Below, piece by piece: positions 37,998-50,500 of a stretch of DNA of 64,000 nt. The stretch lies in the NCBI GenBank assembly GCA_965645245.1, contig OZ287071.1, positions 372,001 through 436,000 on the forward strand, written 5' to 3'. The notes below the pieces were generated by a model. That model was not told the origin of the DNA. It saw only the letters and a program-made list of their open reading frames with translations, and did not search any database. The translations under genes were made by a program, and so were the position numbers. How positions within the stretch are numbered: the stretch's first letter is position 1; each line of letters begins with the position of its first letter. This stretch comes from Massalongia carnosa. Its lineage: Eukaryota.

Positions 37998-39206
37998 TTA
38001 CCGCCCCCGTACCCCCAGCTCATCCACAGGCGTAACCGGCACACTGTTCCCTGGCGTCGTTCCCGTAATGTGAATTGCCGGCACCCCTATCCTTTCCCCG
38101 CTCGTCGCCGGTGGGAACCGCGGTCCCTCCCCCCTCCCAGCCACCGGACTCCTGTACGGCGGGGCGTCCACGTCGTCCAAGCCTACCTGATCGTAACCAG
38201 GCGGTGGCAAAGGCAGCTCTCTGCCGTGCGTGGACGTGTCCTGCACGTCTGAGTCTACGGTCATGAACGACTCGGCTGAAGGGGCGCGACGGTGCTGGGT
38301 CGAGGGGTGCGGGAGCTGGGAGAGGGAGCTGTTGCGACGGGAGCCGTTGTGGGAGCCCCCCATGCTGGCGGCAGAGTCGAGCAGCGGGCGCTGATCGTTG
38401 GATTCGACGCTGTCGGCCCGGAGGCGGGAGCCATCATGCCGTGCGAGGCCCAGATCGGCGTAGGAAACGCTGCTGACGCGGCGATCGCGGCTGCCGGCAC
38501 GGGCATTGTGTTCGGTGATCAGGGCGCTGGATCCGCCCGTTCTAGTGGGGGTGAGGCTGGTGGTGCTGCTGGTGGCGCTAGCGGCGCTGGTGGCGCGGGC
38601 TCGAGCGCGCAGTTGGCTCTGCAGGCGGAGCTGCTCAAGGCGAGCCCAGTCGCCTGCTTCTCGGGCGGCTTGCCGCTCCTGGCGTCGCTCTTCACGTTCC
38701 TCATACTCCCGTCGTCGAGCTTGACGGATTTGGTACAGAGATTCCATGTCCTCCTCCCGCCGGGATTCCTCTTCCTCGGCGGTTTCGGGAAATTCTACAA
38801 CGGTGTCGACTCCAGCGCGCTCGCCTTCGCGCGCGATGAGCCGTTCCGATGGGTACAAGGTAGGGTTGTAGGCGGGAAGGGTGATGACGCTGCGGACGGA
38901 GGTGTTTCGGTCAACGCCGTTGACGGCAGCGGGCGCTTCGGTGGAGCGCTGCGTCGTGGGTTCAGCGGACGTGACGGAAGGGTTGTAGGATGTGTCGCGG
39001 GTGTGAAGGGTGCGGGAGGAGTATGACTGATGGCTTCCGGACATGCGGCCGTACATGGACCCGGGTCTCCATAAACGCCATCTGGATTTCAAAAACTTGG
39101 TCGGGACGTATCTTGGATCCGCATGGCTGCTTCGAAAGTTGCGGAGGAGAATGTACGTTCCTGCCAGGAAAAAGATGGTGACGATAGATATGATTATCAC
39201 CTTCAC
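37998..39206 (-). CDS. Fungal single-pass membrane protein with a charged coiled coil; N-terminus probably further upstream (about 39345)
   Basis: 402-aa ORF: hydrophobic N-terminal helix, DRNTSVRSVITLPAY, REGERAGVDTVVEFPET, SSVSYADLGLARHDG, and PPGY/PPY motifs. Confidence 0.75.
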   Translation of the reverse strand: MKVIIISIVTIFFLAGTYILLRNFRSSHADPRYVPTKFLKSRWRLWRPGSMYGRMSGSHQSYSSRTLHTRDTSYNPSVTSAEPTTQRSTEAPAAVNGVDRNTSVRSVITLPAYNPTLYPSERLIAREGERAGVDTVVEFPETAEEEESRREEDMESLYQIRQARRREYEEREERRQERQAAREAGDWARLEQLRLQSQLRARARATSAASATSSTTSLTPTRTGGSSALITEHNARAGSRDRRVSSVSYADLGLARHDGSRLRADSVESNDQRPLLDSAASMGGSHNGSRRNSSLSQLPHPSTQHRRAPSAESFMTVDSDVQDTSTHGRELPLPPPGYDQVGLDDVDAPPYRSPVAGRGEGPRFPPATSGERIGVPAIHITGTTPGNSVPVTPVDELGVRGR

Positions 39207-39636
39207 GCTCGATTAGCGTATGTCTGGCGGTAAGGGAATTGAGCCTTACAATCAATGCGGTGTTTGAGGGCTCACTCGCGCTGTGTTTGTCCGGCGAATC
39301 GGTCGCTCGAGCAGTCAAAGATTTGTACATTGTAGAAGGTTGAAAAGCCCCAGGCTCCACTGCCCAGCTAGAAGGCGCCGATTGGGGTTTGGGGGGGTTG
39401 GTTTTTCGCTGACCAAATGAGACAGGCCAAGTACATACAAGAGGTGAACTTCAGACGAGACTGCGAATGCGCCTTGCCATGAAACGAGGAGGCAGCGGGG
39501 GAGATACGATGATGATGCCGTTTGGTGACTGACGAAGTCAAGAGAGTAAGTAAGGAAAGTGAGGTGATTGAGTGAAGTGACTTTGCACCGAGTACAGGCG
39601 TAATCAGCCACAGGAAGGCTAAGTAAGTTTGGTAAT

Positions 39637-39705
39637 TATGTACGCTGTATGTACGCTGTATGTACGCTGTATGTACGCTACTGTACATGTACCTCTGTAC
39701 GCTGT
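39637..39705. repeat. 11-bp tandem repeat (TATGTACGCTG), about 4 copies plus degenerate copies
   Basis: Seen directly. Confidence 0.85.
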
Positions 39706-39958
39706 AGGCAGGAAGGTGAGGCTGAGCTCGTCAAGCCCGATATAGATAGCTGTGATGCACAATGTAAACTACGGAGTACACGATCAAATATAGAGTACTC
39801 CGTACGGAGTACACCGAGTAACAGTAACCATTGCTGAAGCGAACGGTCATGAACTGCACGGAATGTGCCGGCATTCCTGTACTCTGTAGTTGCAGTTCTG
39901 CACAGAGGACCGATTCTAACCTTCACCGAAACTTGGCGTGCGCCCAAGGCTAAACGCA

Positions 39959-40062
39959 AGTACAGAGTACCTTTGAATAGAGTACCTTTGTACAGAGTAT
40001 CTTCGTACAGAGTACCTGGTACAGAGTACCTGGTACATACTCTGCTCCAGGTACCGAGTACT
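39959..40062. repeat. Cluster of GTACAGAGTACC-like repeats, about 6 copies
   Basis: Seen directly. Confidence 0.75.
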
Positions 40063-40401
40063 TGAATGACGACCTCTCAAAAACCTGTTCCGGCGGCAAA
40101 ATCCTACATGTGTACATACCGAGGCCGCTCAGATCCACCATATCACCATCACCCGCAAAATCCCGCTTGCGTATGCTCTGCGTGGGTGTTTTCCCCAGGG
40201 CATCTTCTTCGTCCTTTGCATTTCCAACGTGATTTTAGTCATCTACTGGAGGAAACGTTTCGTGAGACAGCTTCAAGATAATGATATTCCACCAATCTAG
40301 AAGGATACGATGGATTAGTGTAATGATGTTGTCGGAAGCTAAAAGCTGGCTTTCTGCTCAGGGTAGTGTGTCCGAGCATTGAACATCTGCTGCAAAACAT
40401 C

Positions 40402-41922
40402 TCAAACGTAGTCGTTGATATTGACCCGCGAATAAAAGGAGATGCGATCAAACTCCTTATCATGCGGTCAGCCCCAGACAGTGGATTGGTTCCATTAGAC
40501 TCACCTCCCAGTATTGGGCCAGACGGTCATGAGAGATCATGATCAGCTGCGAAGCAGTGTATCGATCTGCCATCGTTCGATTCAGCAACATCCTTCTCGC
40601 ATCACCAAACCCCACTTACTGCTTTGAAACTCTCGGAGGGCGCTTTGGCCCAGGCTTCTGACAACTCTTGCTCCCTTGAACATCTGTTCGTCTGCTAGCC
40701 GTATGAATCCTTTGGGTCCGATATCTTCCGCGATCCACGTGTATTCTCCCCTTGGAACGTTGGCGTCGCCTGTTAGTTTAACTGCCTCTAATCTACCCCA
40801 GCAGGAACCATCTGCAGGCGGCTCAGACGGGTCTTCTGGCAAAAGAGGGCCCCCACTGCCAACCTCAGTCTCCATCGTAGATGATGGCTCATCTAATATA
40901 ATAGGTTCCGAGGCGTGGGTCGTGGGTTCTGATGCCAACGTTGAAACGGAGGATTGGGATGACCATCTGGATGCCTCGAGCGGCGGTCGACCAGAATCCG
41001 CTCCTCGTTGCAGGATGGCCAAAAACTCGCACCCATGACTGGAATAGTCTCCAACCCAGATCCCTTGCCATGGTTTCTGTTTTGTGGGCATATACGATTC
41101 CTCAGGCAACGTGCTGAACGTCAGGACCTCTTTTGCGAACGCAACGCTTCCAGAGCCATGAAACTCGAGCCATTTGCGTATTCGAAAAGTACTCTCGCTG
41201 GCTTCGGCCATTAATCGAGGTTTGTGTGCAGGATCACGGAACTGGGACTGGCTTTCATTACGAACTCGTTCCGTAGCAGGCAAGGTAGCAGGCGGCCATA
41301 GAGCCATGCCTGGGTTCTGCAATGACATAGGAATAGGTTGGCATAGAGCTATGGATGACCTGATATGCCCTAGTCCACCCGTCTGCATCAACGTCTCATT
41401 CTGGCAACCACGAGTGGTATGGTTGTGCCATCCAATGTCAAGCTTGACCACCGGATCGTCGAGCCAAAGCGAGACCTTGGGGTTGAAGGTGTGAATGATT
41501 ACATGGGGGTTCCGCTCCCAGGGTTCAAAGTTCTGTTCTCCATGCTCTGCAACAAGCCGATAGGCTTCGATACACCCTCTTTGCGGATCATAGCGCGCAA
41601 AAATCACTTGACCCGTCATTGTTGATCCTGTGTGCGACTTGTCCGAGAACCATATCTTGTGATGGGGTAAGAACCAGTAGGGATAATGAGCAATGTACAG
41701 TTCTTTCCAGCTGGCGCAAGGAGATGACGATGCCAATGGACTGTCACTGGGTACGCAATCTCGAACGAGTTGTGCCCAGAGTAAATCATTTTGGGAATGA
41801 GATCGTAGTAGACGTGACGTCCGAGAAAGGTTGATGAGAGAGAGAGGGCGCAAAAGAGTGAAAATCTGGCTAAGAATTTCAGCAGGCAGAGATTCAAGAG
41901 GCGAGATCTTTGGGCTTATCAT
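40402..41922 (-). CDS. F-box protein with an FBXO31/cyclin-D1-binding-like C-terminal domain
   Basis: N-terminal LESLPAEILSQIF..L F-box, PWQGIWVGDYSSHGCEFL and LEAVKLTGDANVPRGEYTW. Two short 3' exons give ..ISHDRLAQYWE|EFDRISFYSRV..*. Confidence 0.85.
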
Positions 41923-42690
41923 TGTGGAGCTGTGATGGAGGATGAGAAGAGACAATGATGGTAGAAAATGTAAGCGATGATGGTGATGATGATGTCATAA
42001 GGGGAGTGGGGGATTGGAAGCTGAAGCATCTGTATGACTAATTATGCCATTGAACATGTTATTGCGGTAGAACTGAGATGCAGTCCCTTGAGTTAACAGA
42101 CGACTCCTCTCGTTTGGTCAGGACAAAACAAGGTGGTAGTCATTGTGAGCCTGACCATTTGGCGGGTTGATTTCAAAATTGAGGTTCGAATGATGCAAGT
42201 CATGCATTTACTGTTTCGCACCGCCACCCACAGGGCTTTCTCAACATTGGGCCAACGTACTGAATGCACTTTATGTTTACGCCCCACCATGAGCGCGTAT
42301 TATGCCTAGGTACGGAGTGTAGAGCACTCCGTATCTATTGCGCTTCAGAAATTTCCAGTCAGGCGTAAAGCCCGGATACCTGAACCTCTCCTTCTGTGGT
42401 CTTTAAATGATAATGTATGCCAGATATGGGACAAAAGGAGTCAAGTTATTTTCAGTAACTTACCCTGTACGAGTACGTGTAACAGGCCAAAGTACTAGTA
42501 ACTTGAAATCGTGCTAAACCACTTTAGGAATGGAAGAGCATCCCTTATGTTGTACTTCCATTTCGAAAGTGGCTTAGCAACATCCCTCGCCAAAGCAGGG
42601 TCAGCCTGTCACGAGATCCAATCACGTACGCGACATGACTCATCCTTGAGACGCGCCGGCCTGATAAGCTCCGGGGAAGTGGTTTGTTTA

Positions 42691-42725
42691 CATGATAAAC
42701 ATGATAAACATGATAAACATGATAG
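42691..42725. repeat. (CATGATAAA)x4 tandem repeat
   Basis: Seen directly. Each unit contains TGATAR. Confidence 0.85.
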
Positions 42726-43006
42726 GCTTCGATGCTGCAGCCTACACAACAAGTAACATAACAAAATCAGTCCCTTAGCTAGACCCGTATATAGCGCATC
42801 ACTCCCGCCTTGTGAGTGGTCCTTGTGGTTGTCATTGTATGTATCTGCGTGATTCATTTGACCTGGATCATCACATCTCATCCTCGAACAAATAATCCTC
42901 CTAGCTGCCATCGACTTTTCCAAAGTTCCCATGAACCATCCATACTTCTATCGTCATTACGTTCGATAAATCTTATCAAGCAACGTAATCAACGGTGGCA
43001 GAGAAC

Positions 43007-44971
43007 ATGGCCTCAGATATGACAGAAAATGTCCCGGATGACCTGCCCATAGCTCTTCGTCGCAAAAGACGTGGTAGCACCGTGCTTCCTGACCCGGCAA
43101 TCAAGATAGATCGAGAAACTGGGAATTTTCACCAAAATAATGTGGAAGCAAAGACACCAACCAAAGCCAAAAAAAGAGTCCGTTTTTCCGAGCCAGCTCT
43201 GGATCCCTCGTCTTCCAGCGGCTTAACACCTTATCTCAAGAGGTCAACCTTAACGCCCAAATCCTCATCTTCCGTTTCCAAACCTCTTTTGCTTTCTCAA
43301 GCTCCAAGGAGACGTCGATCATTCCCTAGCAACCTTTCTAGTTCATTGCCGTCTCCCTCCCTCTCGCCGCCACCAACCCCATTAATGTCTGGAGAGGTTC
43401 AGTTTGCGCCGTTTTACCAGATCCTTAACCCGCGCCTGAAGCGGCGACTGAGAAGAAATCACATAAGCGAGGAATTCAACAAAATTGTTGAGGAAAAGAG
43501 ATCAAGATCACAATTAGAACGAGAAGTACAAGATTTGAAGCATGAAATTGAGGCTAGAACTGAAAGAAGCGAGCAACTTCAAGAACTGGAAGAACAACTC
43601 ATATCACTCAAAGAGGAGATGCGGGAAAGGTCTACCACCGTAGATCCTCCGCTGGCGTTTGCGGATTCCGACCGGACAACTCCGAATTCCACCGGCTTTG
43701 GTGACGGCGATGCCGATGATGATTTCCTTATGCTTAACTTTGATGATAATGGAGCCGTTCGGTACAAGGAAAACGCCGAACCAACGGCACTCAACCTGGA
43801 CGCAACGACTCAGGTTTCCCTTCCGTCCCAAGATCACGCGGCAGCCTTTCGATCTGCTCGCATGGCGCTAGAATATCTTTTCCCCGGGGAGATATCCCTC
43901 GGACTCGACACGGAAGATCCAGGACCCATGCTTGACACCATGCTTGACCGGATACGTCATCTTAAAACGAATGCTCACATAGCCCAAAAGGACATATCAT
44001 TATGGAAGGACCAAGCGGCAAATCTTCGTAATCAGTTTAATGCCGTTTTGCAGCAAATACAACGTGCACGCGACTACGCGGAGACATTGAATACGGAACT
44101 TACACAAGAAAGGGCACGAGCTCGTCAAGCAGAGGGGAGAATCCAAGCACTGGAAATTAGTGCTACGCGAGACACAGAAAGAGTCAAGGAATTAGAAGAT
44201 GACCTGGACGAGAAATATCGATCGATCCATAAGCTTCAGGATGCGCTTGAGACTTACCGATCTGAAGTTGGTAAGCTTGAAGTATTTGTTACGAGGTTAG
44301 AGGGAGAGCATAGTGATGCTATGTCTAGCCTTCGATCTGAGATGGACGAGACAGCGGCAGACCTGCAGTGCCATGTCGCCGCCGAGGTAACTGGAAGGAG
44401 AGCTGCGGAGAAAGAGGCAGTTGAGCGAGGAGAGAGAATCCAACAACTTGAGCAAATGGAAGTGGAGCTGAAGGGCGCCATGAGCGAGAAGCAGAAGATT
44501 ATCCGGGGCTTGGAGAAACAACTTGCCGACGAGAAAGAGGGAAGCAAGAAGGAGCTTGATATTGACAAAGAGAAATGGGAGGAGGAGGTTGGGGTGCTGA
44601 ACGTCAAAATCGACAAGATGGCTTCCAAGATTGCCGAGCTTAGGAGCCAACTAAGCACAGTAGAAGGAGAGAAGGAAAGGTTGACGACACTTACCTTGCG
44701 AGTGATAGCAGCAGGGCAAGCAAGCGCGGCAAGACTGGGGGAAGATATGAGAGCTTTCGGAGAGACTGTCGCAAAAAGTGAGCAAAGTAGGGGAGTCGAG
44801 GTTGCGGAGCACAGGGGTCTCTTAACGCCAGTGAGCGTCTGCAAGTTTAGAGATCTCGGGGATTTCGTACTGATAGAGAGGCCGGGTGCAAAGGACAGAC
44901 GCAGGCCAGATAGCGGGATTGGGATTCTCGAGGAAGAGGATCTCGAAAACGTTGAGGATGCGGAGGTCTAA
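43007..44971 (+). CDS. Fungal coiled-coil protein with an RVxF (KRVRF) motif, function unknown
   Basis: About 654-aa ORF with DLPIALRR, KKRVRFSEP, a long heptad region and C-terminal GLLTP and DSGIG motifs. Confidence 0.8.
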   Translation: MASDMTENVPDDLPIALRRKRRGSTVLPDPAIKIDRETGNFHQNNVEAKTPTKAKKRVRFSEPALDPSSSSGLTPYLKRSTLTPKSSSSVSKPLLLSQAPRRRRSFPSNLSSSLPSPSLSPPPTPLMSGEVQFAPFYQILNPRLKRRLRRNHISEEFNKIVEEKRSRSQLEREVQDLKHEIEARTERSEQLQELEEQLISLKEEMRERSTTVDPPLAFADSDRTTPNSTGFGDGDADDDFLMLNFDDNGAVRYKENAEPTALNLDATTQVSLPSQDHAAAFRSARMALEYLFPGEISLGLDTEDPGPMLDTMLDRIRHLKTNAHIAQKDISLWKDQAANLRNQFNAVLQQIQRARDYAETLNTELTQERARARQAEGRIQALEISATRDTERVKELEDDLDEKYRSIHKLQDALETYRSEVGKLEVFVTRLEGEHSDAMSSLRSEMDETAADLQCHVAAEVTGRRAAEKEAVERGERIQQLEQMEVELKGAMSEKQKIIRGLEKQLADEKEGSKKELDIDKEKWEEEVGVLNVKIDKMASKIAELRSQLSTVEGEKERLTTLTLRVIAAGQASAARLGEDMRAFGETVAKSEQSRGVEVAEHRGLLTPVSVCKFRDLGDFVLIERPGAKDRRRPDSGIGILEEEDLENVEDAEV

Positions 44972-45239
44972 ATTGGATGTTAAGTTGTAGTTACCTCCTA
45001 ATATTCTCGATTGGTTGATGAATCAGGACTGGTGTTTCTTATCGATAAGAGTAACCTACTTAAGACGATATAGCCGCATTACAAGGCAGGAATATTATTG
45101 ACCTTTGCCTGCCATCTTCCTTTTCCAATGCAAACTCAGACAGGCATAGAAATTTCAATGCATGTTCACATCAAGGAGGAGAGTTTCGCGATTGTGAATT
45201 GATACATCTATCCTTTGTAGGGCATTCAACTCCAAAGCA

Positions 45240-47079
45240 ATGGAGGCTCCACCTCTCCGTCTTGTCCTAAAGAAAGTGATCGGTCTTACGCCCAGAATCG
45301 CATTCAGACCTCACTTATCGCCTAATTATGTTCCAAGGTTCAGCGTCAGAGCGTACGCGATGACTAGCCAGAACGTGCCATCTGTATGTTCAGTGCCCCC
45401 TGGGAGTGTTCAGTGCATTGTTATCTAAACCACAATACCGTCATAAGCTTAAAGACAGGTCGCTCTTCAGACAAGAGTCCTACGTCAACGGAGAATGGGT
45501 GAAGGCAGGATCGGGGGAAACGTTTGAAGTAAATGGTGCAGCCCCTTTACTAGAATTTCCGAGGGCGGACTGACAATGAGTTACCTAGACCCTGCCAGCG
45601 GAAAGCTGATTGGCACCTGCCCTGAGTTTACAAAGGACGATGTAGAGCATGCCATACAAGCCGCTGCTGAAGCATTTGGATCCTTCCGGCGAACCACACC
45701 GAGGGAGCGTTCTCGGATGCTCCGAAAATGGTACCATTTAATGTTGGATAACTCAGACGACTTGGCAAAACTAATAACCTGGGAGAACGGAAAGCCCATA
45801 GCTGATGCGAAAGGAGAGGTGGCTTATGCCGCCAGCTTCTTTGAATGGTTCAGCGAGGAAGCTCCAAGGAGCAACGGTGACACCATAAATGCGTCAATTA
45901 CCGGCAATAGAATATTTACTATTAAGGAGCCTGTTGGTGTATGTGGTCTGATCACACCGTGAGTATATTGGTATCTGATCCTCCGAACGTATCTGATGGA
46001 AGCCTGTAGGTGGAATTTTCCTGCTGCAATGCTGACTCGGAAGATCGGCCCTGCGCTTGCTGCGGGATGCACTGTAGTTGCGAAAGCCCCAGGCGAAACT
46101 CCCTTCACGTCTTTGGCCCTTGCAGAATTAGCTCATCGTGCTGGGATTCCGAAAGGCGTGATCAATATTATTACTGCTCTTAAAAATACTACAGCGATTG
46201 GCGAAGCCCTCACATCAAGTCCTACAATCAGGAAGGTTTCATTTACTGGGTCTACGAATGTTGGAAAGCTTTTGATGAAGCAATCCTCTGACACGTTGAA
46301 GAAGGTCTCGTTTGAGCTTGGCGGCAATGCGCCATTCATCGTTTTTGACGATGCAGACCTTGAGTTGGCTGTTAATGGGGCGATTGCCAGCAAATTCCGA
46401 AGCTCGGGACAGACATGCGTCTGCGCTAATCGTATCTTCGTTCAGAAGGGGGTTTATGATGAGTTTGCGTCATTACTCGCCAAAAAGGTCAAGAATTTTA
46501 AAGTGGGTGCTGGATTTGATGAAGGGGTTACTCATGGGCCATTAATCCACGACCGCGCTCTCAGCAAGGTCGAGGCACATGTACAAGATGCGAAGAAGAA
46601 AGGAGGCAAAGTGGCTGTAGGAGGTCAGAAGATGCCAAATCTTGGAGCTAACTTCTTCCAGCCTACGGTAATCACAGGAATGACACAGGATATGCGCCTG
46701 GCCTCTGAAGAAACCTTTGGACCGGTGGCAGGCCTTTTTCCGTTTGAAACCGAGAAAGAGGTGGTTGCTATAGCAAATAGCGTTAAGGTGGGTCTGGCTG
46801 GTTATTTCTACAGCAAAGACATACAAAGAGTCTATCGAGTTGCCGAAGCACTTGAGGTAGGCATGGTAGGGGTTAACACAGGGCTGATCAGTGATGCCGC
46901 CGCTCCGTAAGTTTCCACTTGCTGCTCAAGAAGAATATGTAACTGATCAACTATGCAGGTTCGGAGGAGTCAAGCTTAGCGGATTCGGGCGGGAGGGAAG
47001 CAAATATGGCATTTCTGAGTACCAGATCACGAAGATGGTAACTCTTGGGGGGATGGGCCAGGACCTCGAGGGTTCATAG
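45240..47079 (+). CDS. UGA2: Succinate-semialdehyde dehydrogenase (ALDH family), 5 exons
   Basis: ITPWNFPAAM, SFTGST, ELGGNAP, SGQTCVCANR, EETFGPVA and PFGGVK.SGFGREGSKYG. Confidence 0.92.
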
Positions 47080-47597
47080 GCTTAAATCTAAGAGTCTAGA
47101 GGTTGTGCTTTTCTCAACAGAAGATTTAAGCGAAACCATACTATATAGAAACACATGAAAATGGTATAGCAATTCTTTGAGTTGGGAACTCATTCGTGAA
47201 CCCTTTCCATTGTTCTCAGCTTCCGGGACTACTATGTTGTATATACAGAGACGCAACAGAGTACAATACATGCCGAGGTAAATCGGACTCGGATTAACTA
47301 TTCTGTAAAGATGTTACGAGAACAGGTTAGCGGTCTCCGATTCGGAATAACTAATTAACTTCCCGATCCCTTGTAGGGATCACCATCACATGGGTTATCT
47401 TCATGATCCAGGCTCGAAGACTAGAATTCAGATTCAGTACTATGTACAACGCAAGTAACATATCCCTACACTCAAGGCCTCCAACAAGTTACCCAAAGCG
47501 AAAGAACGCAGGACATCAGAACAATATAATAAGTCGCTAGAAATGCGCTTGACAACGAATCTACAACTAAAAGCTAAGGTACCTCGGGAAGGATGAG

Positions 47598-50500
47598 ATG
47601 TCTGCACAGTCTAACGGCCAGGCATCGAGGTCGCCTACGAGTAGCCTATCACAACCACCATACCTATCATCTGCTGTTGGGGGCATACAAGCTGTGCCAG
47701 GAAACATCGATGGATCAAGAGATGCTTATACTAGGAATCTCTTATTGAAGACGGACCGGCACTCTCGCTATGATGGGTCATTCACGGGGGATAGTGATCA
47801 ATACAACGGCGTACAAGAGGAGTTTGGACATAAGAAACAAAGATCCAGCAATTCTGGTGTTTTTCTTTTGCAGCCTCTGTCTGGGCTAGGCTCTCAATCC
47901 GAATCTGCAAAAATATCCCTACATCGGGTCAGCGAGAATGTTATGGGCAAGCGGAAGATCGAGCAGGGAGACTTGGCTATACCGAAGCGCAGAACCACCC
48001 GCCATCATCAGCATAAAAGAGCTGTCGTAGGTAATTCACCATTATCCGCCGAGGTCTATAACACAGTCCCTGCACGGGGCGAGGGGATTAGTGGCGGATC
48101 CAGTCGGGATGAGGCTCTCTCGATTCCTTTACGGATTAGTCCTACTTTCTATACTCCCGTTAAGAACAACGTCATTTCGGAGATCAAGGAAATAACAGAG
48201 CGACATGAACCGCGACCGGGTGTGGTCAGTGCTCTTGGACATGATACAGATCCAGCACAGATCGTTAACTTAGCCCTCAACCTCAGCGAGAGCCGACGTA
48301 GAACTTTTAGTGCAGGCCGTAGCCCACCAATCAATACTTTGGATAACAGGCGAATTCCATCAATGGTACAGCACAACTCCACCATATCAAATGATTTTTC
48401 TACGACAGCAGGCGGTGGGAGCTTACGTCAGTATCTACAGCAACAACGCCAAGCGTCAAGAAATGTTTCCCCAAGATCAAGCAAACGCCGGGATAGGGAT
48501 ATTTCCTTGCCGTCAACCCCACGCAAGATTATCAGTCAAGCTCAACAGATTCCGTCTTCCAATTTTGAAATAGGCCTGGCTGACGATGTCTACTTGACTG
48601 CTTCCGATGCAACACTGGCTCGAGCAGAGAAAGCAAGGCTTTCTCTGGAGTTATGCTATGAGTATAGACGACTATTGCAGTATCTTCCTGCAATACCTTC
48701 TGGTAAACACACCCTTAGTTTAAGCCGATCGACAACCAAATCGAAACTCGAGAACGAGAGTCCTACGAGGTTGTACAACCCTCTTCAGTACATACGTAAC
48801 AGAAGATTAAGGGGCCGCGAGGGCCGAATGCTCGACGCTGAGGCCGAGGGCTGGAAAGATCTTGATAGGGTCAGGAAGTGGATCGATATTATCGCCGGTG
48901 AGCGAGGAACGGGGGCAACAGCGGTCAACGATGACTACCTGCTTCCCGCCTTTGAGAGTCTTCATAGGGACCCGGTCTCGGAAGACGCGTCGACTGAGCA
49001 CATCGCCCAGAATTCTACCCTACTTCCAGCCCACAAGCCGCGACGACCGAAATTAGACTGGTCAATCACACCATGGGACTTACTCGCAGATGCGTACTGG
49101 CTGCATCAAGATGATAACCTTAGACGTATTGAAGACACACATGGTAGCAAAATTATCTTAGGTAAACACAACAATCAGGAAACCCCCTCACGGAGCAGCC
49201 GCGAGAGCGCTCGAAGTCCAACTAGGCGATCAAAGAGCATCACTAGGCAACTAATGACGCCAGAGAAACTTAGCTCGTTGATTTCGAGCAGCCGTGATGC
49301 TTCGAAGGAACGCGGGCGTCGCCAACAGCGAGTTCAGGAATCCAAATCACTTCTATCGAATGAAGTTAGCTCTCGAGATCGAAAGCGCCGCTGGCCACGA
49401 GGTCTTACCCTGTCTCGCAACTCATCCAGCTCGGGAGAATCCATAGAGGATAAAGAACAGGCGCATTTTCGCGATAGCGGATTCTTCGTCTCTCGTGATC
49501 ACCCTGATAGCGCCGCTCTCGAGAAACAAATGCGAGAGCTTGTGAAGAAAGAGGCCGAGGCAGAAATCTTAAAGGATACTGGGAAATCGGAGCAAAGGGG
49601 ACCTCCTTCTAAGGAGGAAACTCGGTTAAATCATAGGGATAAAGGACCTGCAGATGAAACACTGATTAACTCTGATATCCGTCGAATGAAAGCAACGCAA
49701 AGGTCACAGCATGTAAGATCAGCTTCAGATCAAATTCCCTCTTCAGGGAGAGGGAGTCTCGATGGGCAAAGGCGTGGAGGTTTCCGTTATTCTTTGGATG
49801 AACCTGGAACTCCTGGTAGTCAACGTTGCGCTCCACATGAAGCTGGAACCTATAGCATTACTGAACCTTCTACACCAATCAGCCGACCGGGAACGCCCAA
49901 GCGGTCTGTGCATTCAAGGCTGAGGTCATTCAGACAGCTTCAAGCCAAGGAGACGCAATTTTTCGAGGGAGATAGCACTTGTGCGCAGCCAAAAGCGGCC
50001 AAAGATTCCAGCGAGCAGGAAACCGTTAAATCTAAGGCTCCAGATTTGCCATACAAGGAGCGACATACGAATCTTGGTAAAGGTCTGCTATCGCCCATGA
50101 CTGTAGAACCCTTAGGGAGAAAGTCCAGACTTGTAGACCGCATACGTACCACCAAAGACCCTCATGAGCCTGAATCTAAATTTCGCGGCTTTTTCAAAGG
50201 TGGTAGAATCGCAGAACTGGTAGGGAACGAAGTTCACAAAGTCGGGGATAGGATATGGAGAAAAGAAAGCAGCAACAATCTTGCTCATGCTTCTTTAACA
50301 GGGTCTAACGACGTGTCCGAGGAGTCGGATCTTGAAGCTGATACTAGCGCAATGGATAGCAGCCCTGAAAATTACCTTTCCTGTAAGACAACTGAGATCG
50401 ACGATTCGGTCAGGGAGCCGCCGAATCCAACAGCAATAGATCGACCAAAATACCATATTAATCATCTTCCCAGCTTCCGATCTCCATTCAGTAGAGAAGA

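Noticed and set aside
38292..39026. 244-aa Gly/Ala-rich ORF and other long antisense ORFs (e.g. 44254-44844, 52623-53174)
   Set aside because: These are shadow ORFs on the strand opposite real genes.
39637..40062. CRISPR-like array
   Set aside because: The units are short with no unique spacers of regular length, no cas genes are present, and the context is eukaryotic.
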